Source: Parcubacteria group bacterium GW2011_GWA2_40_14
Lineage (GTDB): Bacteria; Patescibacteriota; Minisyncoccia; Phycocordibacterales; DATDWN01
NCBI GenBank assembly: GCA_000996025.1
Contig: LBYF01000001.1
Coordinates: forward strand, 3,507-67,506
Direction: 5' to 3'
Length of the DNA stretch: 64,000 nucleotides
The translations under genes were made by a program, and so were the position numbers. The notes under the pieces were generated by a model. That model had not been told where the DNA came from. It did no database searches and was given only the letters and a program-made list of their open reading frames with translations. Positions 1 to 8,967 of the stretch are shown here, piece after piece. How positions within the stretch are numbered: the stretch's first letter is position 1; each line of letters opens with the position of its first letter.

Positions 1-490
1 CTTTTGAGAGTGGTTGGCCTGTATTTTTTGCAAGCATCTTATTTAGAGTCTCACGATTTTTTAGAATGCGTTTTGCGGATATTTCTATATCAGAAGCTTG
101 TCCTTCGGTTCCGCCATGAGGTTGGTGAATCATAACTTCAGCATTTGGCAGGGCAAATCTTTTGCCTTTTGCGCCGGCGGAGAGTATGACTGCTCCCATA
201 GATGCGGCAAGTCCAACACCTACAGTAGAGATATCATTTTTGAGGTGATTCATAGTATCTACTATTGCAAGACCGGCAGTGATTGAACCTCCAGGTGAGT
301 TTACATAGAAAGAAATGTCTTTTTTGGAATCTTCAGACTGGAGGAAAAGCATTTGGGCGATAATAAGGTTTGCCACATGGTCGTCAATAGGACCATCCAG
401 GAAAATAATATTGTCGCGCAAAAGCCGTGAGAAAATATCGTAAGCTCTTTCCCCGAATTGTGATTTTTCTATTACTGTAGGTATAAGCAT
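1..490 (-). CDS. clpP: ATP-dependent Clp protease proteolytic subunit ClpP; 3' end runs off the window
   Basis: The reverse-strand translation starts [24 protein letters not shown] and contains the ClpP Ser-His region ([22 protein letters not shown]). It was not in the ORF track because it has no stop inside the window. Confidence 0.85.
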   Translation of the reverse strand, partial: MLIPTVIEKSQFGERAYDIFSRLLRDNIIFLDGPIDDHVANLIIAQMLFLQSEDSKKDISFYVNSPGGSITAGLAIVDTMNHLKNDISTVGVGLAASMGAVILSAGAKGKRFALPNAEVMIHQPHGGTEGQASDIEISAKRILKNRETLNKMLAKNTGQPLSK

Positions 491-572
491 AAATATACGA
501 AATAACGAATTAAAACACGAATGGCTACGAATAATTCGTTGCAATTCGTAGACTCATTTGTTACTTCGTATA
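491..572. repeat. Family-1 palindromic repeat copy (upstream of rsmE)
   Basis: The sequence atacgaaataacgaattaaaacacgaatggctacgaataattcgttgcaattcgtagactcatttgttacttcgtatat is nearly identical to the copy at 8884. Confidence 0.75.
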
Positions 573-619
573 TTATCAGAAAATAAAAAATAGTCAAAAT
601 TGTGTTATATTAGGTAATC

Positions 620-1354
620 ATGAGACTTCATAGATTTTATGTAGACAAACCTATCACCGATGAAACATTTGATGTGAATGACAGAGACTTAATTGCCCAG
701 TGGCGGAGTGTTTTTCGCTACAATGTCGGTAGTCAAGTGGTACTTTTTGATGGTTCGGGGGTAGATTATCTTTGCATGATTACATCACTTCGCAATCTTG
801 GCGCCACTGTTTCTATTATAAAAAAGACCAAGAATGATTTTGTTCCGAGTTGTGAACTGTGGCTGTGTGTTGGAATTATAAAAAAAGATAATTTTGAGCT
901 GGTGGTGGAGAAAGCAACAGAACTTGGGGTGTTACATATCGTTCCAATACTTTGCGACAGAAGCGAGAAAAAAAATATAAATATGGAACGCTTACAAAAA
1001 ATTGCAATTGAGTCTAGCGAGCAGTCCGGCAGGGGAGATGTGCCTGTTATACACGAAATCATTAACCTTTCTATGTTACTAATGTCAAAGAGTCCCTTTG
1101 ACATTATGCCAAAGGAGAAAATAGTATTACAGCTAAATAGCCGATATATCGGTGATTTTCTTGAAAAGCAACCGCTGGAAGCGAGCAGTGGTCGCATGAC
1201 CAAGTTGGCGGTTTTTATTGGTCCGGAAGGTGGATGGAGTGATAACGAACTGAAAGATTTTGCTCTGCACAACATACCCTCTGTCTCTCTTGGCCACCAA
1301 ATCCTCCGCACCGAAACCGCATCCATCGCCGTTTCAAGTTTATTGCTTTTGTAA
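620..1354 (+). CDS. rsmE: 16S rRNA (uracil1498-N3)-methyltransferase RsmE
   Basis: The 244-aa ORF has RsmE family signatures, including the C-terminal SLGxxILRTETA motif. Confidence 0.8.
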   Translation: MRLHRFYVDKPITDETFDVNDRDLIAQWRSVFRYNVGSQVVLFDGSGVDYLCMITSLRNLGATVSIIKKTKNDFVPSCELWLCVGIIKKDNFELVVEKATELGVLHIVPILCDRSEKKNINMERLQKIAIESSEQSGRGDVPVIHEIINLSMLLMSKSPFDIMPKEKIVLQLNSRYIGDFLEKQPLEASSGRMTKLAVFIGPEGGWSDNELKDFALHNIPSVSLGHQILRTETASIAVSSLLLL

Positions 1355-1357
1355 AAA

Positions 1358-1397
1358 TAAATGTGTAAGGGTTCGCCTTACACATTTGGTTTCATTT
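1358..1397 (+). terminator. Rho-independent terminator after rsmE
   Basis: An 11-bp stem (aatgtgtaagg / ccttacacatt) is followed by a T-rich run. Confidence 0.55.
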
Positions 1398-1528
1398 GAG
1401 GAGCCAGTTATTGAATTGTGTTAATAGTAGTTGTGTCACCCAAAAGGCAATTACTGACGGTATCAAACCTATTAGAAATTGTTTTGTAATTCTCATACAA
1501 ATCTCCAGTCTCCTTTCCTATTTGCATT

Positions 1529-2425
1529 TTAACATTTTTCCAGAAATTGGAATACCAACTCGTTAGTCAGAAAAGTCTCCACATACATTCGTACTCGGAA
1601 ACGGTCAGCATCTTTGTGATGGACCAGAATATTTTCCATCTCTTTTTTTACATCCTCCTCTTTTGGCACAATATTTTCTTCTTTTGCTATTGTATTTAAT
1701 ATCACTTGCGATTTGGCTCGTTTGATTGCTGTGTCTTTCCATTCCATACGCAAATCATTTTCAGTTTTCTTTATACGTTTCAAATAGTCCTCAAATGATA
1801 TGCCGGATTTACCAATATCGTCTTTGAACTGGGCCAACATTTTCTCCATCTCGCCTTCCACGATTATTTTTGGCAGGTCAATTGTTGATTCACTCATAAT
1901 TTTTTCCAAAATCCCTATTCGTCTTTTGTCTTTCTCTGTCGTAGCGTCCGCCTTATATGTTTTATTGCTTTCGGTCTCTGTCAGCGAAATACTAGATGCG
2001 ATTTTTTTGTAATCGGTTAGCGAAACCTCCGGCATAAGGGCCGTTTTTATTTTGAATTCCAAAGGATTTCTAGGAGCCATTTTTGTAATAGATATCTCTG
2101 GTCGTCCGATTGCATCCACATGATGTTCTTCTAAAATGTTTGGATACTCTTCGGACAAGGCCATTTCTGCCGCTTCTTCCAAAATTCTCATTTCGCCAAC
2201 TTTTTGTACGAGGATAGCATCCGGAACATTTCCTTTGCGAAAACCAGCTATTTCCACAGATTCTTTCAGTCTATTGAGTGCTTTTTGTCGCATAAGCGAC
2301 ATTTTTTCAACAGTGATTGCGCCTACAATCTCCAGTTCTCTCTCGGGAAGGGAATTAAGCGTTATGTCTTTGTATCCTTTTATCATAATGTTTTCTAGTC
2401 TATATTTTTCGTGGATTTTTTGCAA
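1529..2425 (-). CDS. tig: Trigger factor (short form)
   Basis: The N-terminal ribosome-binding signature GFRKGNVP is present. At 298 aa it is shorter than the canonical trigger factor. Confidence 0.7.
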   Translation of the reverse strand: MQKIHEKYRLENIMIKGYKDITLNSLPERELEIVGAITVEKMSLMRQKALNRLKESVEIAGFRKGNVPDAILVQKVGEMRILEEAAEMALSEEYPNILEEHHVDAIGRPEISITKMAPRNPLEFKIKTALMPEVSLTDYKKIASSISLTETESNKTYKADATTEKDKRRIGILEKIMSESTIDLPKIIVEGEMEKMLAQFKDDIGKSGISFEDYLKRIKKTENDLRMEWKDTAIKRAKSQVILNTIAKEENIVPKEEDVKKEMENILVHHKDADRFRVRMYVETFLTNELVFQFLEKC

Positions 2426-2429
2426 TCTA

Positions 2430-2470
2430 AAAACTTGCTAACACTGGGTGTTAGCAAGTTTTTAGATTTA
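2430..2470. repeat. Family-6 hairpin with conserved ACACTGGGTGT loop; bidirectional terminator between tig and the upstream minus-strand gene
   Basis: The sequence gctaacactgggtgttagc is flanked by A and T runs, and the same loop recurs at 26868-26935. Confidence 0.6.
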
Positions 2471-2505
2471 GAACTGCAAACTTTTTAAATCTTTTGACTT
2501 ATCTC

Positions 2506-2772
2506 TTACTCTGCTTCTGGGCTAAGGTTCGTAGTGTTTGTGCTACTTAAGTCTGCCTCTATTGAGCCCAGGTCATCTGACGAACTCATGCTTTTTATTG
2601 TTGCCGCTTCAGAAATATCTGCTGTCGGCTCACTACCGCCCCCGACTAAATTTTGAGCTGTTTTTGATTCCTCAATTCGCTTGCCCCAGAAATATAGTCC
2701 GCCGAGGATAATCAAAGCGATGATAACGATTGTGCCCACGATAGAGCCGATTGATGATTTGTTTTCTTCCAT
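2506..2772 (-). CDS. Small membrane protein (one TM, Ser/Asp-rich tail)
   Basis: The 88-aa ORF has a hydrophobic segment IVGTIVIIALIILGGLYFW. No family was recognised. Confidence 0.35.
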   Translation of the reverse strand: MEENKSSIGSIVGTIVIIALIILGGLYFWGKRIEESKTAQNLVGGGSEPTADISEAATIKSMSSSDDLGSIEADLSSTNTTNLSPEAE

Positions 2773-2806
2773 GGTGTTTGGTTAATTTTCAATTTTTAAA
2801 CAATTT

Positions 2807-3517
2807 TTAATTTTGTACTTTTGTTTCTGTTTTCACAGTAGTAGAAACTCCTTTCAGACTACCAACTGCTTTTTCTAGAGATTTGCGAGCGCTCCCCAAA
2901 TTTTTCTCAATATCTTTCGCTATTTTAGCCAAAGCGGAGAGAGAGACTTTTGCTTGTGCTCTGGTTGTTGTTGCATTTTCTAGAGCGACTGTCGCCTCTG
3001 CAGTTGTTTTGAGACTGATAAGTAAAACTTTTGCCGCCTCAAGTGATACTTTTGCATCATTAACATATCTTTCAGCAACTAGAATATCTCCTCCGGCATT
3101 TTTTATTTTTTCAATTCTACTCTGAACTCGGACTACAAGCCCTTCTAGTCGTTCAATAGTTGCTTGAAATCTCGCATTCATCTTTTCAAAACGATTTTCC
3201 ACCCTTTCTCTTAATTTCTCTATTCTCTTTTCTTCAATTTTTCCTTTTACCTCCTCTTTTCTCTCTTTTATATCACTTTTTGCCTCTTCTCGCCTATCTT
3301 TTATTTCACCCTTAGCTTCTATTCTTATAGCTTTGACATCCGCTCTTGTTTCTGTTCGAATTTCCTTTTTACCTTCAATTAATGCTTTTAACCTTGGTAA
3401 TAATTTTTGTTTTGTTTCCACCGTTACATTTGTATCCGTATCTGTTTCTGCATACGCAAATCCTGCGCTGGATAAAACAAGCATGGCAATTAATGTTTTT
3501 AGTATTATATGTTTCAT
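2807..3517 (-). CDS. Secreted coiled-coil protein (signal peptide plus K/E-rich heptads)
   Basis: MKHIILKTLIAMLVLSSAGFAYA looks like a signal peptide, and the rest is a charged repetitive coiled-coil-like sequence. Confidence 0.5.
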   Translation of the reverse strand: MKHIILKTLIAMLVLSSAGFAYAETDTDTNVTVETKQKLLPRLKALIEGKKEIRTETRADVKAIRIEAKGEIKDRREEAKSDIKERKEEVKGKIEEKRIEKLRERVENRFEKMNARFQATIERLEGLVVRVQSRIEKIKNAGGDILVAERYVNDAKVSLEAAKVLLISLKTTAEATVALENATTTRAQAKVSLSALAKIAKDIEKNLGSARKSLEKAVGSLKGVSTTVKTETKVQN

Positions 3518-3656
3518 TTGTTTTGTTATTATAATTTATTACCAGAACTTATCTGGCAGTAGCTCCATTATACAGTAAAAAGCCACTGTCTACAATAAGC
3601 AAGGGCTTTCATAACAAAAGAGGACTAAAGCCCTATTTTACTTGATAGTCTAGTTT

Positions 3657-4241
3657 TTACTCAAAATTCTTTAGATAGATATCTTTGTATCTTTGTTTAC
3701 ATTCCTCGATAACCTTGATAGCTTCATCTTTATCAAAAAAACCCTTGGTAATACCTGCACCAGGTTTTTTTAGGTATTTAATGTGTTCCCAGTAATAAGT
3801 GGTTTCTTTTTTGAATTGTTCGCCCAGGTCTTCAACTGACTGGATGTGGTCACTTCTTCGATCATCTGCAAGCACGGCGATTATTTTGTCGTCAACTTCT
3901 CCAGCATCTTCAAACTTCATAACTCCAATGATTCGAGCTTCAACTAAACACCCAGGTACAAGTGGTTCCATAACATTTACAATTTCAACATCAAGAGGAT
4001 CATTATCATAGTCCCAAGTTTGTGGGATTGCTCCGTAAGCAAAAGGGCAAGCAAGAGAGGAGTAACCAACCCGGTCAAGTTTTAACTGTCCTGATTCGGT
4101 TACGGTCTCGTATTTGTTTATAGTACCAGAATTAATCTCAACAATTGCGTTGACTCTATCTGATTGTTCGTCTACAAAAGCCGGTAGGACATGCAACAGA
4201 TTGAGCATGTATTTTGAAGGTTTGTGATTTATGTTTGCCAT
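3657..4241 (-). CDS. ppa: Inorganic pyrophosphatase (family I)
   Basis: The 194-aa ORF carries PPase-like motifs (PLDVEIV, IIAVLADD). Confidence 0.85.
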   Translation of the reverse strand: MANINHKPSKYMLNLLHVLPAFVDEQSDRVNAIVEINSGTINKYETVTESGQLKLDRVGYSSLACPFAYGAIPQTWDYDNDPLDVEIVNVMEPLVPGCLVEARIIGVMKFEDAGEVDDKIIAVLADDRRSDHIQSVEDLGEQFKKETTYYWEHIKYLKKPGAGITKGFFDKDEAIKVIEECKQRYKDIYLKNFE

Positions 4242-4255
4242 ACTGATTGATTATA

Positions 4256-5491
4256 TTATTTTTCTTCCTTAATTTCAACAGGAGTTTCTTCAACCTTCTC
4301 TTCTTTTATTTCACCTCGAGGATTTGTGGACTTTATATCTATTTTCCACCCAGTCAGTTTGGCCGCCAGCCGGACATTTTGTCCACCTTTGCCTATAGCC
4401 AAAGATTGCTGGTCTTCGGAAACAGTGACGCTTGCTTGTTTTTCTGTCTCATTTATTTCTACAGACAATACTTTGGCAGGGGACAGAGCATCTTCTATAA
4501 ATTTCTTAGGGGCTTCCGACCATTCAATAATATCTATTTTTTCTCCACCAAGCTCGGACATGACAGTAGAAACACGAACACCGCGCCCACCGACCATAGA
4601 GCCGACAGGGTCAATATGAGCATCTTTGGACGTCACGGCTATTTTTGTCCGAGAGCCGGCTTCACGGGCAATAGACTTTACAACCACAGTGCCATTGGCA
4701 ATCTCTGGTGTTTCTGTTTCAAAAAGTTTTTCTAAAAATTTTGGATGTGAACGAGAAAGTCGCAAAAACACTCCTTTGCTAGAGTCTTCCACTCGATAGA
4801 GATAGGCCCGGACACGCTCGCCTTGAGCAAATCGCTCTCCCGGAATCTGTTCTTCGTACGGTAATATACCTGGGGCACGACCCATATCTATGAAAATATT
4901 TCCTCGCTCCATTCTTTGTACTGTGCCAGAGACAATTTCACCTTCTTTCTTGCCATACTCACTGACAATATGTATTTTCTCGGCCTCGCGAATTTTCTGC
5001 ATGATAACTTGTTTGGCGGTTTGAGCGGCAATGCGACCATAGTCTCCTTGCGATTCCAGAGGGAAAACCATTTCATCACCCAAGGCAATATCTTTTTTGA
5101 TGCGTCGAGCATCGCTTAACATAATATGATGTTCGGGGTTATAGAGTTCAATTTCGGCATCGGGCGTCCCGGTGCCGATGTTGCCTTCTGCTCCGACGAC
5201 GTCACTTTTGGCCTTTTGGGACTTGCTGCCAAAGGCAGGTTCAACGTCGGCATCGGGACGCTCTGTCATAAAGACAGTATTTTCATCCACCACAATTTTA
5301 ACCTGAAACATTTCAGTTTTTCCGGTATTGAGGTCAAATTTTGCTCGCACAATCTGGCCTTTCTTGCCATATTCTTTTTTGTAGGCAGTTGCCAAAGCAA
5401 GCTCAATGGCTTCTATTATTTTTTCTTTTGGAATCCCGCGCTCTTCTTCAAGTTGGGTTAGCACAGAATTTACTACTTTTAGATCAATCAT
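4256..5491 (-). CDS. nusA: Transcription termination/antitermination factor NusA
   Basis: The N-terminal domain, S1 and KH regions are recognisable (MIDLKVV...QLEEERGIPKE), with a K/E-rich C-terminal tail. Confidence 0.9.
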   Translation of the reverse strand: MIDLKVVNSVLTQLEEERGIPKEKIIEAIELALATAYKKEYGKKGQIVRAKFDLNTGKTEMFQVKIVVDENTVFMTERPDADVEPAFGSKSQKAKSDVVGAEGNIGTGTPDAEIELYNPEHHIMLSDARRIKKDIALGDEMVFPLESQGDYGRIAAQTAKQVIMQKIREAEKIHIVSEYGKKEGEIVSGTVQRMERGNIFIDMGRAPGILPYEEQIPGERFAQGERVRAYLYRVEDSSKGVFLRLSRSHPKFLEKLFETETPEIANGTVVVKSIAREAGSRTKIAVTSKDAHIDPVGSMVGGRGVRVSTVMSELGGEKIDIIEWSEAPKKFIEDALSPAKVLSVEINETEKQASVTVSEDQQSLAIGKGGQNVRLAAKLTGWKIDIKSTNPRGEIKEEKVEETPVEIKEEK

Positions 5492-5500
5492 ACAAATAAG

Positions 5501-5540
5501 TTTATAAAGTTATAAAGTTTGTAAAGTTCATAAAGCTAAT
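5501..5540. repeat. Family-2 repeat (GTAAAGTTATAAAGTT words), partial copy upstream of nusA
   Basis: The sequence gtttataaagttataaagtttgtaaagttcataaagc recurs at 37634, 38802 and 56755. Confidence 0.6.
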
Positions 5541-5624
5541 TTTGATAAAAAGAATGTCCGCTCCCATGAGCGAACTTCAATGCACCTATACTATCATAAG
5601 CTCTATAGTCTTGTCAACAAAACA

Positions 5625-5672
5625 AAAAAAGAAAAACCCACCTAAGTCTTGCAAAGCAAAACTTAGGTGGGT
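5625..5672. terminator. Hairpin terminator between the convergent or divergent ends of nusA and the Clp-type ATPase
   Basis: The stem cccacctaagt...acttaggtggg is preceded by an A-run, which gives a T-run on the minus strand. Confidence 0.55.
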
Positions 5673-5698
5673 CCAATCCCAATGTTCAATCGGAAAGT

Positions 5699-6772
5699 TC
5701 ATAACGACACAGAGGTTCCCATCTCTTTGGAAAAGAGCATTTTGTCTACCGATTTTGCCAGATCAACCTTGATGATGTCGCCCAGGCCAATCTGTCCTGT
5801 GGCAATCAAATTGGAAAGTGGATAGACCAAAAACTTTTCGATCGCTCGCTTCAAATGACGCGCGCCATACTTTAGGTCCGTTCCTTGACGAAGCAGGAAT
5901 TCCTTGGCTTCTCCTGTGCATCTGAAGATGAACTGTTTGCCGGACTGCGACGCCAGGATGCGGTTCTGAACGTCGTTGAGTTCGATGTCCAGGATCTGCC
6001 TGAGGTGTTGTTGATTCAATGTGCGGAACACCACGACCTTATCGAGTCTGTTCATGAACTCCGGCGAAAACTTGCGCTTCGCCACTTCGAGAGCAGTGCG
6101 GTACATCTTCCGGTCGATATCGGCCAGATTGGATTCATCGGTCCGTACACCGGACGTGAATCCGATTCCGCCGGTCAGCATTTCACTCATCTCAACCGCC
6201 CCGAGGTTGGATGTCATGAACACCACGCATCGCGACAAGTCCACCTTGCGGTTGTCGCCTAAGGTGAGCGTGGCTTTATCCAGAATACCCAAGAGAAGCT
6301 GCCACAGCGCGTTATTGGCCTTTTCGATTTCGTCGAAGAGTATGAAACTTAACTTGCAAGTATCGGTCTGGTACTGATCAATTGCCCCCTGCGTCAAAAT
6401 CGGCGGAGTTTCGCGGTGTCCCAGATAGCCCGGAGGCGATCCGATGAGTTTCGCAATCTCATGGCTGTGCTGAAACTCGGCGCAATCGAGCTTGATAAAT
6501 GCCCGGGGGCTACCAAACAGGATTTCCGCGGAAGCTTCGACAACTCTGGTTTTTCCGGAACCGGTCGGTCCCAAAAACAGGAGGTTACCAATGGGACGAT
6601 TGGGCTGTGCCATACCTACCAGATAGACTTGGTACATGTTCACAATTTGACGAACTGCGCGATCCTGACCAATGATTTTGTTCAGCAGACCCTGTTCAAA
6701 GTCCAAGATTTCGTTGCTTTTTCTATCGGGGTTTAACACTACTTCTTCAGACTTTTTCATTACAGGCTTCAT
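5699..6772 (-). CDS. Stand-alone Clp/Hsp100-family AAA+ ATPase, D2 domain only
   Basis: Walker A (GPTGSGKTR), the sensor region and GSPPGYLGH are present, and the sequence aligns with the ClpB/ClpC second nucleotide-binding domain. It is noticeably more GC-rich than its neighbours and has a strong SD (aaaggagagact ATG). Confidence 0.8.
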   Translation of the reverse strand: MKPVMKKSEEVVLNPDRKSNEILDFEQGLLNKIIGQDRAVRQIVNMYQVYLVGMAQPNRPIGNLLFLGPTGSGKTRVVEASAEILFGSPRAFIKLDCAEFQHSHEIAKLIGSPPGYLGHRETPPILTQGAIDQYQTDTCKLSFILFDEIEKANNALWQLLLGILDKATLTLGDNRKVDLSRCVVFMTSNLGAVEMSEMLTGGIGFTSGVRTDESNLADIDRKMYRTALEVAKRKFSPEFMNRLDKVVVFRTLNQQHLRQILDIELNDVQNRILASQSGKQFIFRCTGEAKEFLLRQGTDLKYGARHLKRAIEKFLVYPLSNLIATGQIGLGDIIKVDLAKSVDKMLFSKEMGTSVSL

Positions 6773-6914
6773 AGTCTCTCCTTTGGATTAAAGCAGACAT
6801 TTAGAATTTGAAACACTATCAAAAAACAATCTGATTTACTTATAATATATTTACGAAAAAATATCAAATCAGAGTTTATCTGTTCTTATTCACACAATTT
6901 CGTGCCGGAGGAAG

Positions 6915-7015
6915 AATATTTTGATATACTAGATACGAAGTAACGAATAAGTTAACGAATTGCAACGAATAGAATCCATTCGTAGCCATTCGTGTTTTAA
7001 TTCGTTACTTCGTAT
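6915..7015. repeat. Family-1 palindromic repeat (TACGAA/TTCGTA words); abuts the pilB start codon
   Basis: This copy is the reverse complement of the copies at 491-572 and 8884-8967, and it ends ...cgttacttcgtatATG. Confidence 0.75.
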
Positions 7016-8785
7016 ATGCATATTGAAGAAAAACAATTAAAAGATTTTATTTTGGACTCGGGGCTTGTCTCGCGGGCTGACTTAACTCTGGCTGAAAAAG
7101 AAGGTCTGGAAAAGGGAGTAAGCTTGGGCAAAGTTTTGGTGAGCAAAGGAAAGCTTTCAGAAGATGATTTACGACGGATGCAGGCCTATATTCTGGGTAT
7201 TCCTTTTGTGGACCTCAAGGGCGAGAAATTGCCATTTGAAGTTCTCTCTCTTATTCCGGAGCCGATTGCTCGCAATCACAATATTGTAGCTTTCAAGAAA
7301 ACAGACTCTAGTTTGGAGGTAGCTATGTTAGACACCGAGGATTTGACTGCCATTGATTTTATCAAAAAGAAAGTAGGCCTCCGAATTTTACCTCGCTTGA
7401 CCGATGCCGACTCTGTCAAAAGCGCAATCCTCCAATATCAAAAGTCTCTCAAGGCGGAGTTTGGCGATTTAATTGCCAAGGAGGTTTCGTCACTTGAATT
7501 GAATCCGCTGAAACGAAGTGAAGGCGATGAAAACGAGGTCATAACTACGACAGAAGATTTGAAAAAAATGGCCGATGATGTGCCTGTGGTGCGCATAGTG
7601 GATACATTGCTGAAGCATGCCATTTTGCAAAACGCATCCGACATTCACATAGAGCCGCAGGAGCTGGAACTTCTGGTTCGCTATCGTATTGATGGCTTGC
7701 TTCACGATGCCATGCTCCTGCCGAAAAATGTGGGAGCATCCATTGCCGCTCGTATCAAAGTTTTGGCCATGCTCAAGCTTGATGAAAAGCGTTTGCCACA
7801 GGACGGCAGATTCAAAATTGACATGAATGGCGAGAAAGTTTCTTTTCGTGTTTCCACCTTGCCGACATATTATGGTGAGAAAACAGTTATGCGACTCCTC
7901 CGCGAAAATGTTTCCGGCTTTACACTGGAATCCCTCGGTTTTCATGGTGTGGGACTGGAGCGTATTCACAGAGCCGTCCAATCCACGACCGGCATGATAC
8001 TGGCTACCGGCCCGACTGGTTCTGGAAAAACCACCACTTTGTATACTATTTTGGATATTTTAAATACTGTTGATGTCAATATTTCCACAATTGAAGACCC
8101 AATAGAATATCAGATGAAGCGTATTAACCAAACTCAAGTTCGTCCAGAGATAGGATTAACATTTGCAAACGGATTGCGCACTTTGGTTCGCCAAGACCCG
8201 GATATTATTATGGTCGGTGAAATTCGTGACAATGAAACGGCTAATCTGGCTATAAATGCGTCGCTCACCGGTCATGTCGTTCTCTCAACACTTCATACAA
8301 ACTCTGCCGCCGGAGCCGTCCCTCGCTTGATAGATATGAAAGTGGAACCGTTTCTTATTGTTTCCACTGTTAATGTTATTATTGCCCAGCGTCTTATCCG
8401 AAAACTTGGAGATGGAAAAGAAAAATATTTTTTGACCAAAGCCGAGCTTCTAACTTTGGGCAAGAGAGTTAATTTAGACAAAGTCTTAGCTACTTTGAAG
8501 GAAGAAAAAATTGTAGGTCAAAGCGATGTTTGGGAACAAGTTCCTTTTTGGCGCCTGAAAAAGAATGTTTCATCCGAAGACGGTTTCTCCGGACGCATTG
8601 GCATTCACGAAATATTGAAAGTTTCTTTGCCAATAAAAGATATTATTCTCAAAGACGGCACCTCGGACGCAATCCAAAAACAAGCTGAAAGCGAAGGTAT
8701 GCTGACTATGTTTGAGGACGGCATCTTCAAAGCGGTACAAGGTGTAACCACCATTGAGGAAGTTCTTAGGGTTATCTCGGAATAG
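7016..8785 (+). CDS. pilB: Type IV pilus / type II secretion assembly ATPase PilB/GspE
   Basis: The ORF has an N-terminal GspE-N domain, Walker A GPTGSGKTTT, and Asp and His boxes. Confidence 0.9.
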   Translation: MHIEEKQLKDFILDSGLVSRADLTLAEKEGLEKGVSLGKVLVSKGKLSEDDLRRMQAYILGIPFVDLKGEKLPFEVLSLIPEPIARNHNIVAFKKTDSSLEVAMLDTEDLTAIDFIKKKVGLRILPRLTDADSVKSAILQYQKSLKAEFGDLIAKEVSSLELNPLKRSEGDENEVITTTEDLKKMADDVPVVRIVDTLLKHAILQNASDIHIEPQELELLVRYRIDGLLHDAMLLPKNVGASIAARIKVLAMLKLDEKRLPQDGRFKIDMNGEKVSFRVSTLPTYYGEKTVMRLLRENVSGFTLESLGFHGVGLERIHRAVQSTTGMILATGPTGSGKTTTLYTILDILNTVDVNISTIEDPIEYQMKRINQTQVRPEIGLTFANGLRTLVRQDPDIIMVGEIRDNETANLAINASLTGHVVLSTLHTNSAAGAVPRLIDMKVEPFLIVSTVNVIIAQRLIRKLGDGKEKYFLTKAELLTLGKRVNLDKVLATLKEEKIVGQSDVWEQVPFWRLKKNVSSEDGFSGRIGIHEILKVSLPIKDIILKDGTSDAIQKQAESEGMLTMFEDGIFKAVQGVTTIEEVLRVISE

Positions 8786-8790
8786 ACGAA

Positions 8791-8826
8791 GACTTCCAAA
8801 TCTGGCGCATTTCGTTGTTGGAAAGC
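8791..8826. repeat. Family-5 motif (GACTTCCAAATCTGGCG...GTTGTTGGA) immediately after the pilB stop
   Basis: The same words follow the tuf stop at 31221. Confidence 0.6.
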
Positions 8827-8883
8827 AAAAAATAAATCTTATACACAATTTTTGTGAAAATAAAATAAAATTTTGGTACAATA

Positions 8884-8967
8884 AACATACGAAATAACGA
8901 ATTAAAACACGAATGGCTACGGATTATTCGTTGCAATTCGTAGACCCATTCGTTACTTCGTATATTT
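8884..8967. repeat. Family-1 palindromic repeat; abuts the pilC start codon
   Basis: The copy ends ...cgttacttcgtatatttATG. Confidence 0.75.

Noticed and set aside
766-1326. Minus-strand 186-aa ORF inside rsmE. Similar antisense ORFs occur inside fusA (24997-25539, 25900-26463), tuf (30370-30828), the pilus genes and ftsH (62838-63275)
   Set aside because: They fully overlap well-supported conserved genes on the opposite strand and have low-complexity Ser/Phe/Ile-rich translations typical of antisense frames of AT-rich genes.
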